Below, piece by piece: positions 41,917 through 52,778 of a stretch of DNA of 64,000 nucleotides. Source of the stretch: Myxococcota bacterium (GTDB lineage: Bacteria; Myxococcota_A; SURF-8); assembly GCA_963674735.2 (NCBI GenBank), contig CAXXQS010000001.1, forward strand, positions 2,432,001-2,496,000, written 5' to 3'. A program made the translations under genes and the position numbers. A model generated the notes under the pieces. The model saw only the letters and a program-made list of their open reading frames with translations, was not told the origin of the DNA and searched no databases. The stretch's first letter is position 1. Each line of letters begins with the position of its first letter.

Positions 41917-43017
41917 TTACCTATACTGCGCCAGGATGCGCGCGAAATCGTCGAACAGGTATTCGGTATCCACGGGGCCCGGGGCCGCTTCGGGATGGAA
42001 CTGAACCGAGAAGAAGGGCCGCGACCGATGCCGGATGCCCTCGTTGGTGCCGTCGTTGATGTTGACAAACCAGGTGTCCCAGTCGCTCGGGATGGTTTCG
42101 TCGTTGACGGCGTAGCCGTGGTTCTGGCTGGTAATGACGCAACGGCGCGAAACCAGATCCTGACACGGCTGATTCTGCGAACGATGGCCGTATTTCAATT
42201 TGTAGGTATCGGCTCCGGCCGCCAGCGACAGCACCTGGTTACCCAGGCAAATGCCGAAAATCGGTTTATCACCGGCCAGCAAGGCCTTGACCTGATGCAC
42301 CAGCGGCTGAACGTTTTTCGGGTCGCCCGGACCGTTGGACAGCAGCACGCCGTTGTAGTCTTGCTCCACCGCCAGCAGATTGGTACTCCAGGGAACCCGG
42401 TGCACCGTGATGCCGCGTTTGAGCAGATGGCGGATGATATTGAGTTTCACGCCGCAATCGACCACCAAGACGCTCAGATCGCCCGCCGGATACGTCACGA
42501 TTTCCCGGCACGAAACCTCGGGAACCACTTGATCCTCGGGAAGCGTGGTTTTGGCGGGAACGGTTTCATCAACATCCGCCGCCACGATGGTCCCGCGCAT
42601 GGTGCCGTATTCGCGTAGTTTTCGTGTCAGGGCGCGCGTGTCGATGCCCTCTATGCCCGGAACTCCCGCCTCCGCCATCCAGTTTTGCAAACTGCTCGAT
42701 GCCGTGCAGTGACTGTAGCCGGGGGACGCCTCGGAGACTACCAACCCCAGCACCTTGAGTCCGTCCGACTCATACGGGCCATTGATGGGATCTTCGGGAT
42801 CGGGAGCCGGAACTCCGTAATTCCCGATCAGGGGGGATGTCATCACTAAAATCTGGTTCGTGTAGGAGCAATCGCTGAAAGACTCCACATAACCGGTCAT
42901 CCCGGTATTGAAGACGACCTCTCCACACACGTCCCGGTCGGCTCCAAAGCCGACGCCGTGAAAGACACTTCCGTCTTCCAGAACTAATTTCCTCGGTTTC
43001 CCAGTCAGCGGGGTCAC
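41917..43017 (-). CDS. carA: Carbamoyl-phosphate synthase small subunit
   Basis: GEVVFNTGMTGY, GIDTRALTR, LSNGPGDP, FGICLG, SQNHGYAV, QFHPE; likely GTG start at 43017 after GGGAG. Confidence 0.95.
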   Translation of the reverse strand: MTPLTGKPRKLVLEDGSVFHGVGFGADRDVCGEVVFNTGMTGYVESFSDCSYTNQILVMTSPLIGNYGVPAPDPEDPINGPYESDGLKVLGLVVSEASPGYSHCTASSSLQNWMAEAGVPGIEGIDTRALTRKLREYGTMRGTIVAADVDETVPAKTTLPEDQVVPEVSCREIVTYPAGDLSVLVVDCGVKLNIIRHLLKRGITVHRVPWSTNLLAVEQDYNGVLLSNGPGDPKNVQPLVHQVKALLAGDKPIFGICLGNQVLSLAAGADTYKLKYGHRSQNQPCQDLVSRRCVITSQNHGYAVNDETIPSDWDTWFVNINDGTNEGIRHRSRPFFSVQFHPEAAPGPVDTEYLFDDFARILAQYR

Positions 43018-43192
43018 GTCGTTGTCTCCCTCTCGTCTACTTGTCGATAGAGGTGGGCGCACCCACCATTGTGATCGGGGCCTATGGGTACCACAGCCGG
43101 AACGCTTGGGCAAGCACAAAGCACAGCCAGCTATCGTTTCTGTCAGAACGACACGACCGTGCCTGCGTGACAGCCCCCCTAATCGAGGGTTA

Positions 43193-45172
43193 TCACACGC
43201 TTTCCGATTTATCAAGCTCGGGATGCTGAAAAGGCTCGGGAGTCGGTTTTCCGATGAGACGAAGCGTAATCGCCAACACCCCCAAAGCCAAAAGATAGGA
43301 AACCGGCGGTGGCAACCAACCCGCGAGGCCATATCCCAAAGCGACGGCCACCAACCCAACCACGACGGCATAGGGAAGTTGCGTGCGGACATGGTCGATA
43401 TGATCGCAGCCCGCGGAAATCGACGACATGATGGTCGTATCCGACAGGGGCGAACAGTGGTCGCCGAAAATCGAGCCATCCAACACGGCTCCCACGCTGA
43501 TGATCATGAGGGGCAAGCCGCCGACATGGTACGCCAGCGGAACAGCCGCAGGCAAAAGCACGGCCATGGCCCCCCAACTCGATCCGGTTGCGAAACTGAT
43601 GGCGGCGCCGAGAAGAAAAATCAGCACCGGCACCCAAAACGGCGAAAGCGTGCTTCCAAGAGCGGCCACGAGGTAGGCTCCGGTCCCCAATTCGCCATTG
43701 AGATCGCCGATCGCCCAAGCCAGAATCAAGACGGAAAAAGCCAGCAATAACACACGCCAAGAGGACAGCCAGGCCAACACCAGACGTCCGAACGGTGCAC
43801 GTCCGGCTGCTACGCCTCCGATAAGCGCGACCCCCGTCCCTAAAAGAGACGCCATGGCCAACACCCAGGCCCCATCCTGACAGGCAATCAGGTAGTTGCC
43901 CTCCAGTTGCACCAACCGTCCCCAATCGAACGTGGTCCAGGCCGCCGTATTAACGTACCAAGGCCCCAGTAGACCCGCGCCGTTGGCGGCCATGCCGACC
44001 AACACCGCCCCGATCACCGTCAACACCGGCAGAAGTGCGTTGAGCGCCAAAGGCCGCCCCAGGATTTCGGGTCGTTTGGCCCCCGATAACGGTTGAGCGC
44101 CGGGACGCAGCAGTTGACCGGTTGTAGCCGCCCGTATCTGTGCGGTATACATCGGGCCGAACTCACGACGCATGATGATGGTCAACCACACAAACACCAG
44201 CGCCAGAATGCAATAAAAGCGGAAAGGCAAAGCTTGGATGAAAAGCGCATAGGCCGATTCGGTCATTTTCAGTTCCCGCATGGCATCGCCGATCAGGCTG
44301 ACTTCATAGCCGATCCAAGTGGAAATCAAAGCCAGACCGGCCACCGGAGCGGTGGTGCTGTCGACCAGATAAGCCAGTTTTTCACGCGAGATACGCGCCC
44401 GGTCGGCCAGTGGACGCATGGAACCGCCGACCACCACCGTGTTGGAATAGTCGTCGAAAAAGACGGCCAACCCCAGAAGCACCGTCGCCGCCTGGGTGGA
44501 ACGCGCCGAGCGGGCCAGCCGTCCCAAGGCGTCGGCCAAACCCTGCATCCCACCGCTGGCCACCGCCACATTGACGATACCGATCAAGGAAAAGGTGAAC
44601 AAAAAGATATATAGGCGAAAGTCGTCCACCATCACCATCGCCAGTCGCCCAATACCGCCCGCGCTTGCCCCCTTGACCACGCCCCACAAGCTTGGATCAC
44701 CGGACGCCAAAGCCGCCCCGAGCGCCACACCGGCCAAAAGCGAGACGATCAAACGCCGCGTCGCCATAGCCAAAGTCACCGCCAAAAGAGCCGGAAGCAA
44801 GGAAGTCCAGTGAATCCGTACAGTTGAAGCCGTAACGGGCTTGATTTCCGGCCCCTGGAGTTCCGCCGTCAATCGCCAGCCATCCCGGCTCAGTAAAAGG
44901 GTACAGTCCGAATGTAGTGGATCACCCGCTCCCAACGGGCCTCGCGCAGCAAAGGCCGAGGCCATCGGTAAAAAAACCCGCCCGTGTGCCTCCTGCTTGC
45001 ACAGATAACGGCCGATAGAGCCTGAAGCGGCCGCGGCTTGGCTCAATGCGTCATACAAACGGTCCGCATCGGCTTTGCCCCGACTTGTTTCATCGACCGG
45101 CAGCATCGCCAGAACGAGAATCACCCCCAATCCCACCAGCAGAGCCCACACCGCCCGAATTTTAAAGCTCAT
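43193..45172 (-). CDS. Na+/H+ antiporter NhaC-family protein with N-terminal extension
   Basis: FFDDYSN, SREKLAYLVDSTTAP, ISTWIGYE, SFATGSSWG, GDHCSPLSDTTIMSS, HIDHVRTQLPYA. Confidence 0.88.
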   Translation of the reverse strand: MSFKIRAVWALLVGLGVILVLAMLPVDETSRGKADADRLYDALSQAAAASGSIGRYLCKQEAHGRVFLPMASAFAARGPLGAGDPLHSDCTLLLSRDGWRLTAELQGPEIKPVTASTVRIHWTSLLPALLAVTLAMATRRLIVSLLAGVALGAALASGDPSLWGVVKGASAGGIGRLAMVMVDDFRLYIFLFTFSLIGIVNVAVASGGMQGLADALGRLARSARSTQAATVLLGLAVFFDDYSNTVVVGGSMRPLADRARISREKLAYLVDSTTAPVAGLALISTWIGYEVSLIGDAMRELKMTESAYALFIQALPFRFYCILALVFVWLTIIMRREFGPMYTAQIRAATTGQLLRPGAQPLSGAKRPEILGRPLALNALLPVLTVIGAVLVGMAANGAGLLGPWYVNTAAWTTFDWGRLVQLEGNYLIACQDGAWVLAMASLLGTGVALIGGVAAGRAPFGRLVLAWLSSWRVLLLAFSVLILAWAIGDLNGELGTGAYLVAALGSTLSPFWVPVLIFLLGAAISFATGSSWGAMAVLLPAAVPLAYHVGGLPLMIISVGAVLDGSIFGDHCSPLSDTTIMSSISAGCDHIDHVRTQLPYAVVVGLVAVALGYGLAGWLPPPVSYLLALGVLAITLRLIGKPTPEPFQHPELDKSESV

Positions 45173-45393
45173 CCCGTCCTCCTTACCGTCGGCGATGCCG
45201 CATCTTACCTAAGCATGGACGAAAACTCAACTTTATCCATTCGCCCTATCCGAATGAATCCGTAACATCATAGACGTCCCCACACGAAAAGAGGTTGTCA
45301 ATGTTGCGCGGATATGTTAGATTAAAGGTGGAAAGACTATCGTCCCGAGTTGCTTGAAAGCTTGAAATTTTGTTCAGAAAAAGACCTTTTTGC

Positions 45394-45422
45394 TTGACAG
45401 TCAGGTAACAGGGCTTTAACAT
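45394..45422 (+). promoter_or_regulatory. Putative sigma70 promoter for Cys-rich lipoprotein
   Basis: TTGACA-N17-TAACAT. Confidence 0.55.
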
Positions 45423-45573
45423 CCTCAGTTGAAGTTTGTTCAAATTGCCACGCCACGGCATGAATTACCAAACAGGACGCCACATTGTGTTTTATTAGGG
45501 AGTTGTAGTTACAATTTTGTTATTCTGAATTGGGTCAACCCCTACAACGAAGAAAGAGGAAAAGGAGCTGAAA

Positions 45574-46620
45574 ATGTCGAAGAAATTTCTGTTGATTCTC
45601 ATGATGCTGCTGATGTCATTCGTATTGGTAGCCAATGGCTGCACGAGCGATGAAGAAGGTAGCAGCGACGGCGACGATGCCGATGGCGACGATCCCGACG
45701 GCGACGATCCCGACGGCGACGATCCCGACGGTGACGACGTGGGTTGCGCGGGTGCCTGCAACCCGGCCAGTGACGTATCCTTCTGCGTCGTGAACGACGT
45801 GTGTGTCTGCGAAGGAAACTGGACGCCTTACACCTGCGACCAGATCTGCGCCATGACCAACCAGGTCTCGGCGGGCTGTGGTCCCAACGACCTCGGCGTG
45901 CAGTACTGCATCTGCCAGGATCCGGCTGACGGCGATGATCCCGACGGCGACGATCCCGACGGCGACGATCCCGACGGCGACGATCCTGACGGCGACGACC
46001 CCGACGGCGACGATCCTCTGCCTTGCGAAGGTGCCTGCACCTACGGCGAAGATCTGCCCTTCTGCTCCACCGACACCAACCTGTGCTGGTGCGACGAGAC
46101 CGGCAACACCTACGGCATCGTCGACTGCGACCAGACCTGCCAGACCGAATACGGCGAAGCCGGCGTTTGCGACTATGACGACAGCGTCGAATACGATCGT
46201 TGCCTTTGCGGCAGCATCGGTGACCAACAGTGCCAGAGCGATGCCGACTGCGAAGCCCTGGGCAGCGACTACTGCGTTGGCGATTACGACGATCAGGGCA
46301 ACCAGATCACGATCTGCATGGACGCCTGCGACATCGTTTCCTGCGATCCCGGCACCGACGCGATCCCCTGCATCGATTATGGCAACCCGGGCCAGCCCTT
46401 CGGCGTCTGCTTCGACGATGAAGGCCCCGATTGCCCCACCCCGAACGACTTCTGCGGCGGCGATGAAAACCACATCTGCATGGCCTTCCAGAGCGGCGAC
46501 CAGATCTGCATGGAACTGTGCGATCCGGCTCCGAACACCTGCGGCGCCGATGCCCTGTGCATCCCGCTGAGCAACAGCTCCACCGGCGAACTGGTCGGCG
46601 GCGGCTGCCTCGAACTGTAA
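45574..46620 (+). CDS. Cys-rich acidic lipoprotein with DGDDP repeats and two 10-Cys modules
   Basis: AAGGAG RBS; lipobox ANGC; DGDDP tandem repeats; repeated CxGxC...CxC modules. Confidence 0.85.
   Translation: MSKKFLLILMMLLMSFVLVANGCTSDEEGSSDGDDADGDDPDGDDPDGDDPDGDDVGCAGACNPASDVSFCVVNDVCVCEGNWTPYTCDQICAMTNQVSAGCGPNDLGVQYCICQDPADGDDPDGDDPDGDDPDGDDPDGDDPDGDDPLPCEGACTYGEDLPFCSTDTNLCWCDETGNTYGIVDCDQTCQTEYGEAGVCDYDDSVEYDRCLCGSIGDQQCQSDADCEALGSDYCVGDYDDQGNQITICMDACDIVSCDPGTDAIPCIDYGNPGQPFGVCFDDEGPDCPTPNDFCGGDENHICMAFQSGDQICMELCDPAPNTCGADALCIPLSNSSTGELVGGGCLEL
45667..45738 (+). repeat. 15-bp coding tandem repeat (GACGGCGACGATCCC), ~5 units, DGDDP
   Basis: Direct reading of sequence. Confidence 0.9.
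45928..46017 (+). repeat. 15-bp coding tandem repeat, 6 units, DGDDP
   Basis: Direct reading of sequence. Confidence 0.9.
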
Positions 46621-46636
46621 TCGCATCTCGACTGAT

Positions 46637-46664
46637 AAAAGGGAGGCTTCGGCCTCCCTTTTTT
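46637..46664 (+). terminator. Rho-independent terminator
   Basis: AAAAGGGAGGC-ttcg-GCCTCCCTTTTTT. Confidence 0.9.
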
Positions 46665-46793
46665 ACATTTATGCTGCACGCGCGATCTCTTCTTCCTTCT
46701 TTCAACGTTCGCCTCGCTTGACACCTTTTGCATTCCCCAGTACCATAAGCATGACTCGTCGGGAAATAGAGGCCATCGGAGAAGGAGTAGCAA

Positions 46794-48017
46794 ATGAGCC
46801 GGGCGTGCGTCTTTTTTTATTCCTGTGTCATGCTTTTAGCAACAATGCTCCTGGCCTGTTCATCATCCGGAGGCATCACCTTCACCTCAACCGACTGCCA
46901 AGGCGATAGCGGGTGTTCGGACGGCAAAATCTGCCTCAACGGCCGTTGCACCGTCCCCAGCACGCCCGATGGAGATGCCGAGGATGAATCCGACAGCGAA
47001 GCTCCCAGCATACCGCCCATTATCGAGAATCCTTGTGTCGGCCAATGCGACATCATAAGCGAAACCGCCTTTTGTATGAGCGACGACATCTGCCTATGCG
47101 AAGGAACCTGGAACTACTATACCTGCGACGAAATCTGCGACTATCTGGGCGGCCAGTCACTTGGCTGCGGCGCTTCATCCGATGGCCAGCCTTTTTGCAT
47201 CTGCGACGGTAGCGACGGCGACATCGATCCGCAACCCTGCATCGGAGACTGCAACCCCGGCGATTCTCCTTACTGCCTTCAGGATGACCTCTTATGCCGC
47301 TGCGACACGAATTCCGCCAGTTGGGAAACGGTATCCTGCATCGCCGAGTGCGGCGCCGCCGGTTATGCGGATGTCGGATATTGCGGTTTTAACGCTCTTG
47401 ATGGCGATCAGGCCTGCCTCTGCGAAACTTACATACCCGACTGCGACGGCCCCTGCAATGAGTTGGACATCAGTTTCTGCAGTACCGGCCGTGAGTTATG
47501 CTGGTGCGACTCCTACCTGGAATGGTGGACGCTGCTTGATTGTGAACAGATCTGCCTGGAAGCGGGCTTCGCCCCACCGGCCGAATGCGGTTACAGCAGC
47601 GACGCGGGCCACGAAGTCTGCTTCTGTTCGTCACCGGGCTTCGATCCGTGTGAAAACGCCCACTGCGACGCGAATGAAATCTGCTTTGAAGGTCGCTGTC
47701 TCACGAACTGTGATCTGATTTTCTGCGATGCGCCACAAAACCAGGAAGCTTGTGTCGGCTTCGACATCGGTTCACAACTATATGGCGGCTGCATGACCGC
47801 GGATGCTCCTCTATGCGATCAACCTTTCACCCCCTGCGGAGAGCGGAACCAGAAACTTTGCATCGGTCACTTCAGCGACAATACCAGTCGTTGCCTGGAT
47901 GGGTGCCCGCCAATCGCAAACACCTGTCCCAACGGGTTGACTTGCCTGCCCTTCGAAACCTCGGCTGGGCTTGTCGAGGGAGGCTGCGATCTGATAGCAG
48001 GCTGGGAGCTTCCATGA
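46794..48017 (+). CDS. Cys-rich lipoprotein with three 10-Cys modules, paralog of 45574-46620
   Basis: AAGGAG RBS; lipobox LLAC; same Cys spacing and similar C-terminus (NTC..LC.P....G...GGC). Confidence 0.82.
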   Translation: MSRACVFFYSCVMLLATMLLACSSSGGITFTSTDCQGDSGCSDGKICLNGRCTVPSTPDGDAEDESDSEAPSIPPIIENPCVGQCDIISETAFCMSDDICLCEGTWNYYTCDEICDYLGGQSLGCGASSDGQPFCICDGSDGDIDPQPCIGDCNPGDSPYCLQDDLLCRCDTNSASWETVSCIAECGAAGYADVGYCGFNALDGDQACLCETYIPDCDGPCNELDISFCSTGRELCWCDSYLEWWTLLDCEQICLEAGFAPPAECGYSSDAGHEVCFCSSPGFDPCENAHCDANEICFEGRCLTNCDLIFCDAPQNQEACVGFDIGSQLYGGCMTADAPLCDQPFTPCGERNQKLCIGHFSDNTSRCLDGCPPIANTCPNGLTCLPFETSAGLVEGGCDLIAGWELP

Positions 48018-48078
48018 CCTCAGCCTTCATCCGTACCCACCACGCGGACTCGATAAATCTTGTTCCGGAGTCCGGGTC

Positions 48079-48915
48079 ATGACTCCACGGGTACTGATCG
48101 GGCTGGCTTACGGACTTCTCGCCACATTACTGGCTTGCGGGCTGTTCAACTTGAGTTCCTTCCATTGGTTGCCGCTTTCCATCACGATTGTTCTCATCGC
48201 CGGCGTCTGGGCCATCGTGGGATTGGCACTTGTTCTGTATCGCATCAGCAAGCACCTGAAGCGCCATGACGAACGACTCGCTGCTGCCGTCCACGAGCTA
48301 CGCGGTCCTCTCCAACGCCTGCGTCTGGCCCAGGCCCGTTTGACGCGCAACCCGGCCACGCATGATGAAGCCCTAATCGAAATCTCGCGTGATATCGACA
48401 TTTTGGATGAAACCCTCCGGCGTTTTGCCGAGCTCGTTCAGCTTGAACGTAAAACCCTGCAGCCACGTGAAACTCCCATCGGTCCATTGCTCGACGATCT
48501 GCTGCTACGCCATCGCATCACCGCAGAAGAACAGGGTTTGACCCTCAGCTTGGCGCCGCTTCCCTCTTTGGCACAGCGTCGCACCGATCCCGACCTGTTA
48601 ACCCGCCTACTCGACCAGTTGCTCTCCAATGCCTGCGCCTACACTCCACCGGGTGGTCGGGTCGATATCCAAGCCGAGGAGCGTGGCGGACGCCTGATCT
48701 TAACGATACGTGACACCGGCCCCGGTATCCCGGAAAACGAACAGGGGCACATCTTCGATGCCTTCGTGCGTGGCCATGACGCCCGCTTGATGGAAGCATC
48801 GGGGATGGGGTTGGGCCTGGCTTTCGCGCGTCGGGCTGCCCTGGCGCTGGGTGCCCGCTTACGCCTGCGAAACCGCACCCAAGGTGGACTCGAAGCCAGC
48901 CTCAGCCTGCCTTGA
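48079..48915 (+). CDS. Sensor histidine kinase (2 TM, HisKA, HATPase), orphan
   Basis: VHELRGPL H-box, LLSNACAYTPPGG, RDTGPGI, HIFDAF, GMGLGLA. Confidence 0.85.
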   Translation: MTPRVLIGLAYGLLATLLACGLFNLSSFHWLPLSITIVLIAGVWAIVGLALVLYRISKHLKRHDERLAAAVHELRGPLQRLRLAQARLTRNPATHDEALIEISRDIDILDETLRRFAELVQLERKTLQPRETPIGPLLDDLLLRHRITAEEQGLTLSLAPLPSLAQRRTDPDLLTRLLDQLLSNACAYTPPGGRVDIQAEERGGRLILTIRDTGPGIPENEQGHIFDAFVRGHDARLMEASGMGLGLAFARRAALALGARLRLRNRTQGGLEASLSLP

Positions 48916-49028
48916 TCCATTCGGGATACTTCTAGAAAACAACGCCTTTTCGCTTAAATCGCTTGCATTTCAGCAAAAGATGCCTATCTTTGGAGGGTTG
49001 AGATTGGAGCTAACTGCAGAGGTTGAGT

Positions 49029-49424
49029 ATGCCTATTTACGAGTATCAATGTGAAAAATGCGGTGAGATCACGGAAGTTATGCAACGCATCACCGAAGAT
49101 CCCCTCACCGACTGCGCCTGTGGCGGCAAAGGAACCCTTCATCGTCTGATTTCGCTGACATCCTTCCGCCTCAAGGGAACCGGTTGGTACGAAACCGACT
49201 TCAAAGGCAAAGGAAACGGCAAAAGCGAATCCCACGCACCCAAAGCCGCCACCGCACCGGTCGAACACGACGCCTCCGGCGAATCGTCGCCATCCACTTC
49301 GGAATCGTCCACAAACGAAAGTGGCACGGGATCCGAAAAGGCAACCCCGACCGAAACGAAAAGCTCCGATAGCACGAAAGATTCCGCCAGCGGTAAAGCC
49401 AAAGCGGCTTCTCCCAACATCTGA
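49029..49424 (+). CDS. FmdB-family zinc-ribbon protein with low-complexity tail
   Basis: MPIYEYQCEKCG..DPLTDCACGG..LISLTSFRLKGTGWYETDF; GAGG RBS. Confidence 0.9.
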   Translation: MPIYEYQCEKCGEITEVMQRITEDPLTDCACGGKGTLHRLISLTSFRLKGTGWYETDFKGKGNGKSESHAPKAATAPVEHDASGESSPSTSESSTNESGTGSEKATPTETKSSDSTKDSASGKAKAASPNI

Positions 49425-49444
49425 AAATACTATCCTAAAAAGCC

Positions 49445-49478
49445 AACGCCCCCATGCTTGAATTGCCGGGGGCGTTTT
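49445..49478. terminator. Stem-loop between convergent FmdB-like gene and dnaJ
   Basis: AACGCCCCC...GGGGGCGTTTT. Confidence 0.6.
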
Positions 49479-49526
49479 CGATTATAAAGCAATCGGCCGC
49501 AGCCGTTCACAAAGCTTGAGTAAACC

Positions 49527-50684
49527 TTACTCCACGCTGAAGAATTCTTTGACTTTATCAAGAAAACTCGTGTTATCCGGCATGCTTACCTTGCCACGCT
49601 TGCAGCACGACTCATCGAATTTGCGAATCAGCTCTTTCTGATCCTTGGTAAGATTTTTGGGAACCTCTACCTGGACACGCACCAACTGATCGCCCTTCCC
49701 AATACTTCCAAGATGCTGAATTCCTTTATTTTTCATTCGAAATATATCGCCCGGCTGCGTACCGGCCGGTATTTTCAATCCGGCCTTGCCCTCCAAGGTA
49801 GGAACCTCCAACGTATCCCCAATCGCGGCGACTCCGAAACTGATCGGCATATCCAACACCACATCGTCATCGTGCCGCTTGAAGATTTTGTGTTCCTTCA
49901 CCAGTGTGACCACATACAAATCTCCCGCAGGTCCACCGCTCGAACCGCTTTCACCCTCGGCCTGTAAACGCAAGCGCTGGCCATGATCGATTCCAGCGGG
50001 CAGAGTGACGGTCAGGTTACGCGTTTTCTTGATGCGCCCCTGCCCACGACAACTGGAGCAAGGATCGGAGATAACCTGGCCACGCCCCCCACAAGCGGGG
50101 CAAGTACGGGCGATCATGAAGAACCCTTGCTGGACGCGAACCTGGCCGCTACCATGGCATTGTCCGCAGGCCGTCGGGGACGATCCGGGTTTGGCACCCG
50201 TTCCCTTGCAGGTTTCACAGCTCTCCATACGCGGAACTTCTATGACTTTTTCGCAGCCAAGCGCCGCTTCCTCGAACTCGACTTCCAGGTCATATCGCAG
50301 ATCGCGCCCACGCTGTGCATGAGTCCGCTGGCTGAAACCACCACCACCGAAAAAATCACCAAAGATGTCACCAAAAATGTCCATAAACGAGGAACTGTTT
50401 GAAAAACGGCTGAAATCGAAATCGAACCCGCCATACCCTCGGCTTTTTCCCATATCATGGCCGAACTGGTCGTAAAGCTTACGCTTTTCAGGATCAGACA
50501 GGGCTTCATAAGCCTCGGCCGCCTCCTTGAATTTTTCCTCGGCCCCGGAATCACCCTGATTTCGATCGGGATGGAATTTGACCGCCCGCTTGCGGAAGGC
50601 TTTCTTGATCTCGTCCGCTGAAGCCTCGCGTGCGACGCCCAACACTTCGTAGTAATCTCGTTTTTGCGCTGGCGACAAAACCAC
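49527..50684 (-). CDS. dnaJ: Chaperone DnaJ
   Basis: [14 protein letters not shown]-domain, G/F region, four CxxCxGxG repeats. Confidence 0.97.
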   Translation of the reverse strand: MVLSPAQKRDYYEVLGVAREASADEIKKAFRKRAVKFHPDRNQGDSGAEEKFKEAAEAYEALSDPEKRKLYDQFGHDMGKSRGYGGFDFDFSRFSNSSSFMDIFGDIFGDFFGGGGFSQRTHAQRGRDLRYDLEVEFEEAALGCEKVIEVPRMESCETCKGTGAKPGSSPTACGQCHGSGQVRVQQGFFMIARTCPACGGRGQVISDPCSSCRGQGRIKKTRNLTVTLPAGIDHGQRLRLQAEGESGSSGGPAGDLYVVTLVKEHKIFKRHDDDVVLDMPISFGVAAIGDTLEVPTLEGKAGLKIPAGTQPGDIFRMKNKGIQHLGSIGKGDQLVRVQVEVPKNLTKDQKELIRKFDESCCKRGKVSMPDNTSFLDKVKEFFSVE

Positions 50685-50848
50685 TCCTTTACATATTCTT
50701 TTTCATATCAGCAACTTAGCAAGGAAACAATCTGAGGTCTAACTCATGATAAACCGCCACGCTTTTGCATCGCGCAACGGGTTACTCTAATATGGGCATA
50801 TTTGGGGAAGAATCAAGTCCCCAGACGATTTTTTGTCCGATTTATCGA

Positions 50849-52711
50849 CTATTCGCCGCCGTCTTCCGGCTCTTTCTCCACTTCCTCGGCCGCTCGCGAC
50901 GCCTCGGCATACATGATGTCGGCAATTTTGTGGGAATGCGTGCTCAGTTCTGCAATTCCTTCATGAATCGTGGCGTAATCGTTGCTGGCAAGAGCCGCCT
51001 GCAGATTCTTCAAGCCTCTTTCTATTTCCGTTTGAGCGGTGGGGGAAATCTGGTCGGAATAGTCCTTCAGCGCTCGCTGGGTGGTATACATCAGCGTATC
51101 GGCTTCATTGCGCAGTTCGGCCATAGCCAATTTCTGCTTATCGTCCTCCCGAGCCGATTCCGCCATCGTAACCATGCGCTCGATCTCGCCTTCGGTCAAA
51201 CCCGAAGAAGCGGTGATGCGAATGGCCTGCTCTTTGCCGGTCCCGAGATCTTTTGCGGAAACATTCAGAATCCCGTTGGCATCGATGGTGAAGGTGACTT
51301 CGATCTGCGGCACACCGCGCGGAGCCGGTGGAATACCAACCAACTCGAAACGCGCCAGACTTTTATTGTCGGCCGCCATTTCGCGCTCACCCTGCAAGAC
51401 GTGCACCGACACCGCCGGTTGGTTGTCGGCAGCGGTGGAAAACACCTGGCTTTTGGTCGTCGGAATCGTTGTGTTCCGCTCGATCAGCCGTGTAAACACC
51501 GCCCCGAGGGTTTCAATACCCAGCGAGAGCGGTGTAACATCCAATAGCAGAACATCTTTGACGTCGCCTTTCAGAACACCACCCTGGATAGCGGCGCCGA
51601 TGGCAACCACTTCGTCGGGATTGACGCCTTTAAACGGCTGTTTTCCAAAGAACTCGGCCACACGGCCTTGCACTTTCGGCATACGCGTCATGCCGCCCAC
51701 CAAGATCACCTGGGTGATCTCATCGGTCGTCAGCCCGGCATCTTTGAGCGCCAGCCGACAAGGCTCGATGGTGTGATCGATCAAATCTTCGACCAAAGAT
51801 TCGAGTTTGGCACGCGACAGCTTCAGATGTAAGTGCTTGGGTCCGCTTTCATCGGCGGTAATGAACGGCAGGTTGACTTCCGTCTCCGTAGACGTGCTGA
51901 GCTCGTGCTTGGCCGATTCGGCGGCCTCTTTGAGCCGCTGTAAAGCCATACGGTCGCTCCGCAGGTTAATTCCGTGCTGGCGTTTGAATTCATCGGTCAT
52001 CCAGTCGATGATGCGCTGATCGAAATCTTCGCCACCGAGGAACGTGTCGCCATTGGTGGCGCGCACTTCGAAAACGCCCTCGTTGAGTTCGAGGATGGAA
52101 ATATCGAAAGTCCCGCCGCCGAGATCGTATACGGCGATACGCTCGTTCTGTTCCGTTTGTTCGTGATCCATTCCATAAGCCAGCGCGGCAGCCGTGGGCT
52201 CGTTGATGATGCGCAACACATTCAACCCCGCAATGCGGCCCGCGTCCTTGGTGGCCTGACGTTGCGAATCGTTGAAATACGCCGGAACCGTGATCACCGC
52301 GTCGGTGACTTCTTCACTGAGATAGTCTTCCGCCGTCTGTTTCATCTTCTGCAGCACCATGGCCGAAATTTCAGGTGGACTGAATTCTTTATCGGCCACT
52401 TTCACCCAGGCATCGGCATTCTTGGCGGAAACGATCTGATATGGCATGGTTTCCATCGCACGCTTGATTTCCGGAGAATCGAAGGTGCGGCCAACCAGTC
52501 GCTTAATGGCATGAACGGTATTCTCGGGATTGGTGATGGCCTGACGCTTCGCTATCTGACCAACCAGTCGCTCACCCTGCTCAGTAAAGGCAACCATGGA
52601 AGGCGTTGTACGTGCACCTTCCGAATTGGCGATAACAACGGGGTCTCCCCCTTCGATGATGGAGACACAGGAATTGGTGGTCCCCAGATCAATTCCAATC
52701 ACTTTGCTCAT
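50849..52711 (-). CDS. dnaK: Chaperone DnaK (Hsp70)
   Basis: [59 protein letters not shown]. Confidence 0.98.
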   Translation of the reverse strand: MSKVIGIDLGTTNSCVSIIEGGDPVVIANSEGARTTPSMVAFTEQGERLVGQIAKRQAITNPENTVHAIKRLVGRTFDSPEIKRAMETMPYQIVSAKNADAWVKVADKEFSPPEISAMVLQKMKQTAEDYLSEEVTDAVITVPAYFNDSQRQATKDAGRIAGLNVLRIINEPTAAALAYGMDHEQTEQNERIAVYDLGGGTFDISILELNEGVFEVRATNGDTFLGGEDFDQRIIDWMTDEFKRQHGINLRSDRMALQRLKEAAESAKHELSTSTETEVNLPFITADESGPKHLHLKLSRAKLESLVEDLIDHTIEPCRLALKDAGLTTDEITQVILVGGMTRMPKVQGRVAEFFGKQPFKGVNPDEVVAIGAAIQGGVLKGDVKDVLLLDVTPLSLGIETLGAVFTRLIERNTTIPTTKSQVFSTAADNQPAVSVHVLQGEREMAADNKSLARFELVGIPPAPRGVPQIEVTFTIDANGILNVSAKDLGTGKEQAIRITASSGLTEGEIERMVTMAESAREDDKQKLAMAELRNEADTLMYTTQRALKDYSDQISPTAQTEIERGLKNLQAALASNDYATIHEGIAELSTHSHKIADIMYAEASRAAEEVEKEPEDGGE

Positions 52712-52778
52712 GGGCAGCTCCCTTTATGCGGTCGGATCTCAAACAATCGATAGTGTATTCGTTAAAACAGGTCTTGGT

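Noticed and set aside
43018-43192. PyrR attenuator in the carA leader, and the 154-codon N-terminal ORF extension
   Set aside because: No PyrR binding-loop consensus seen; the extension overlaps nhaC and lacks CarA similarity
45667-46017. Tandem repeats as a CRISPR array
   Set aside because: 15-bp in-frame coding repeats without unique spacers; no cas genes
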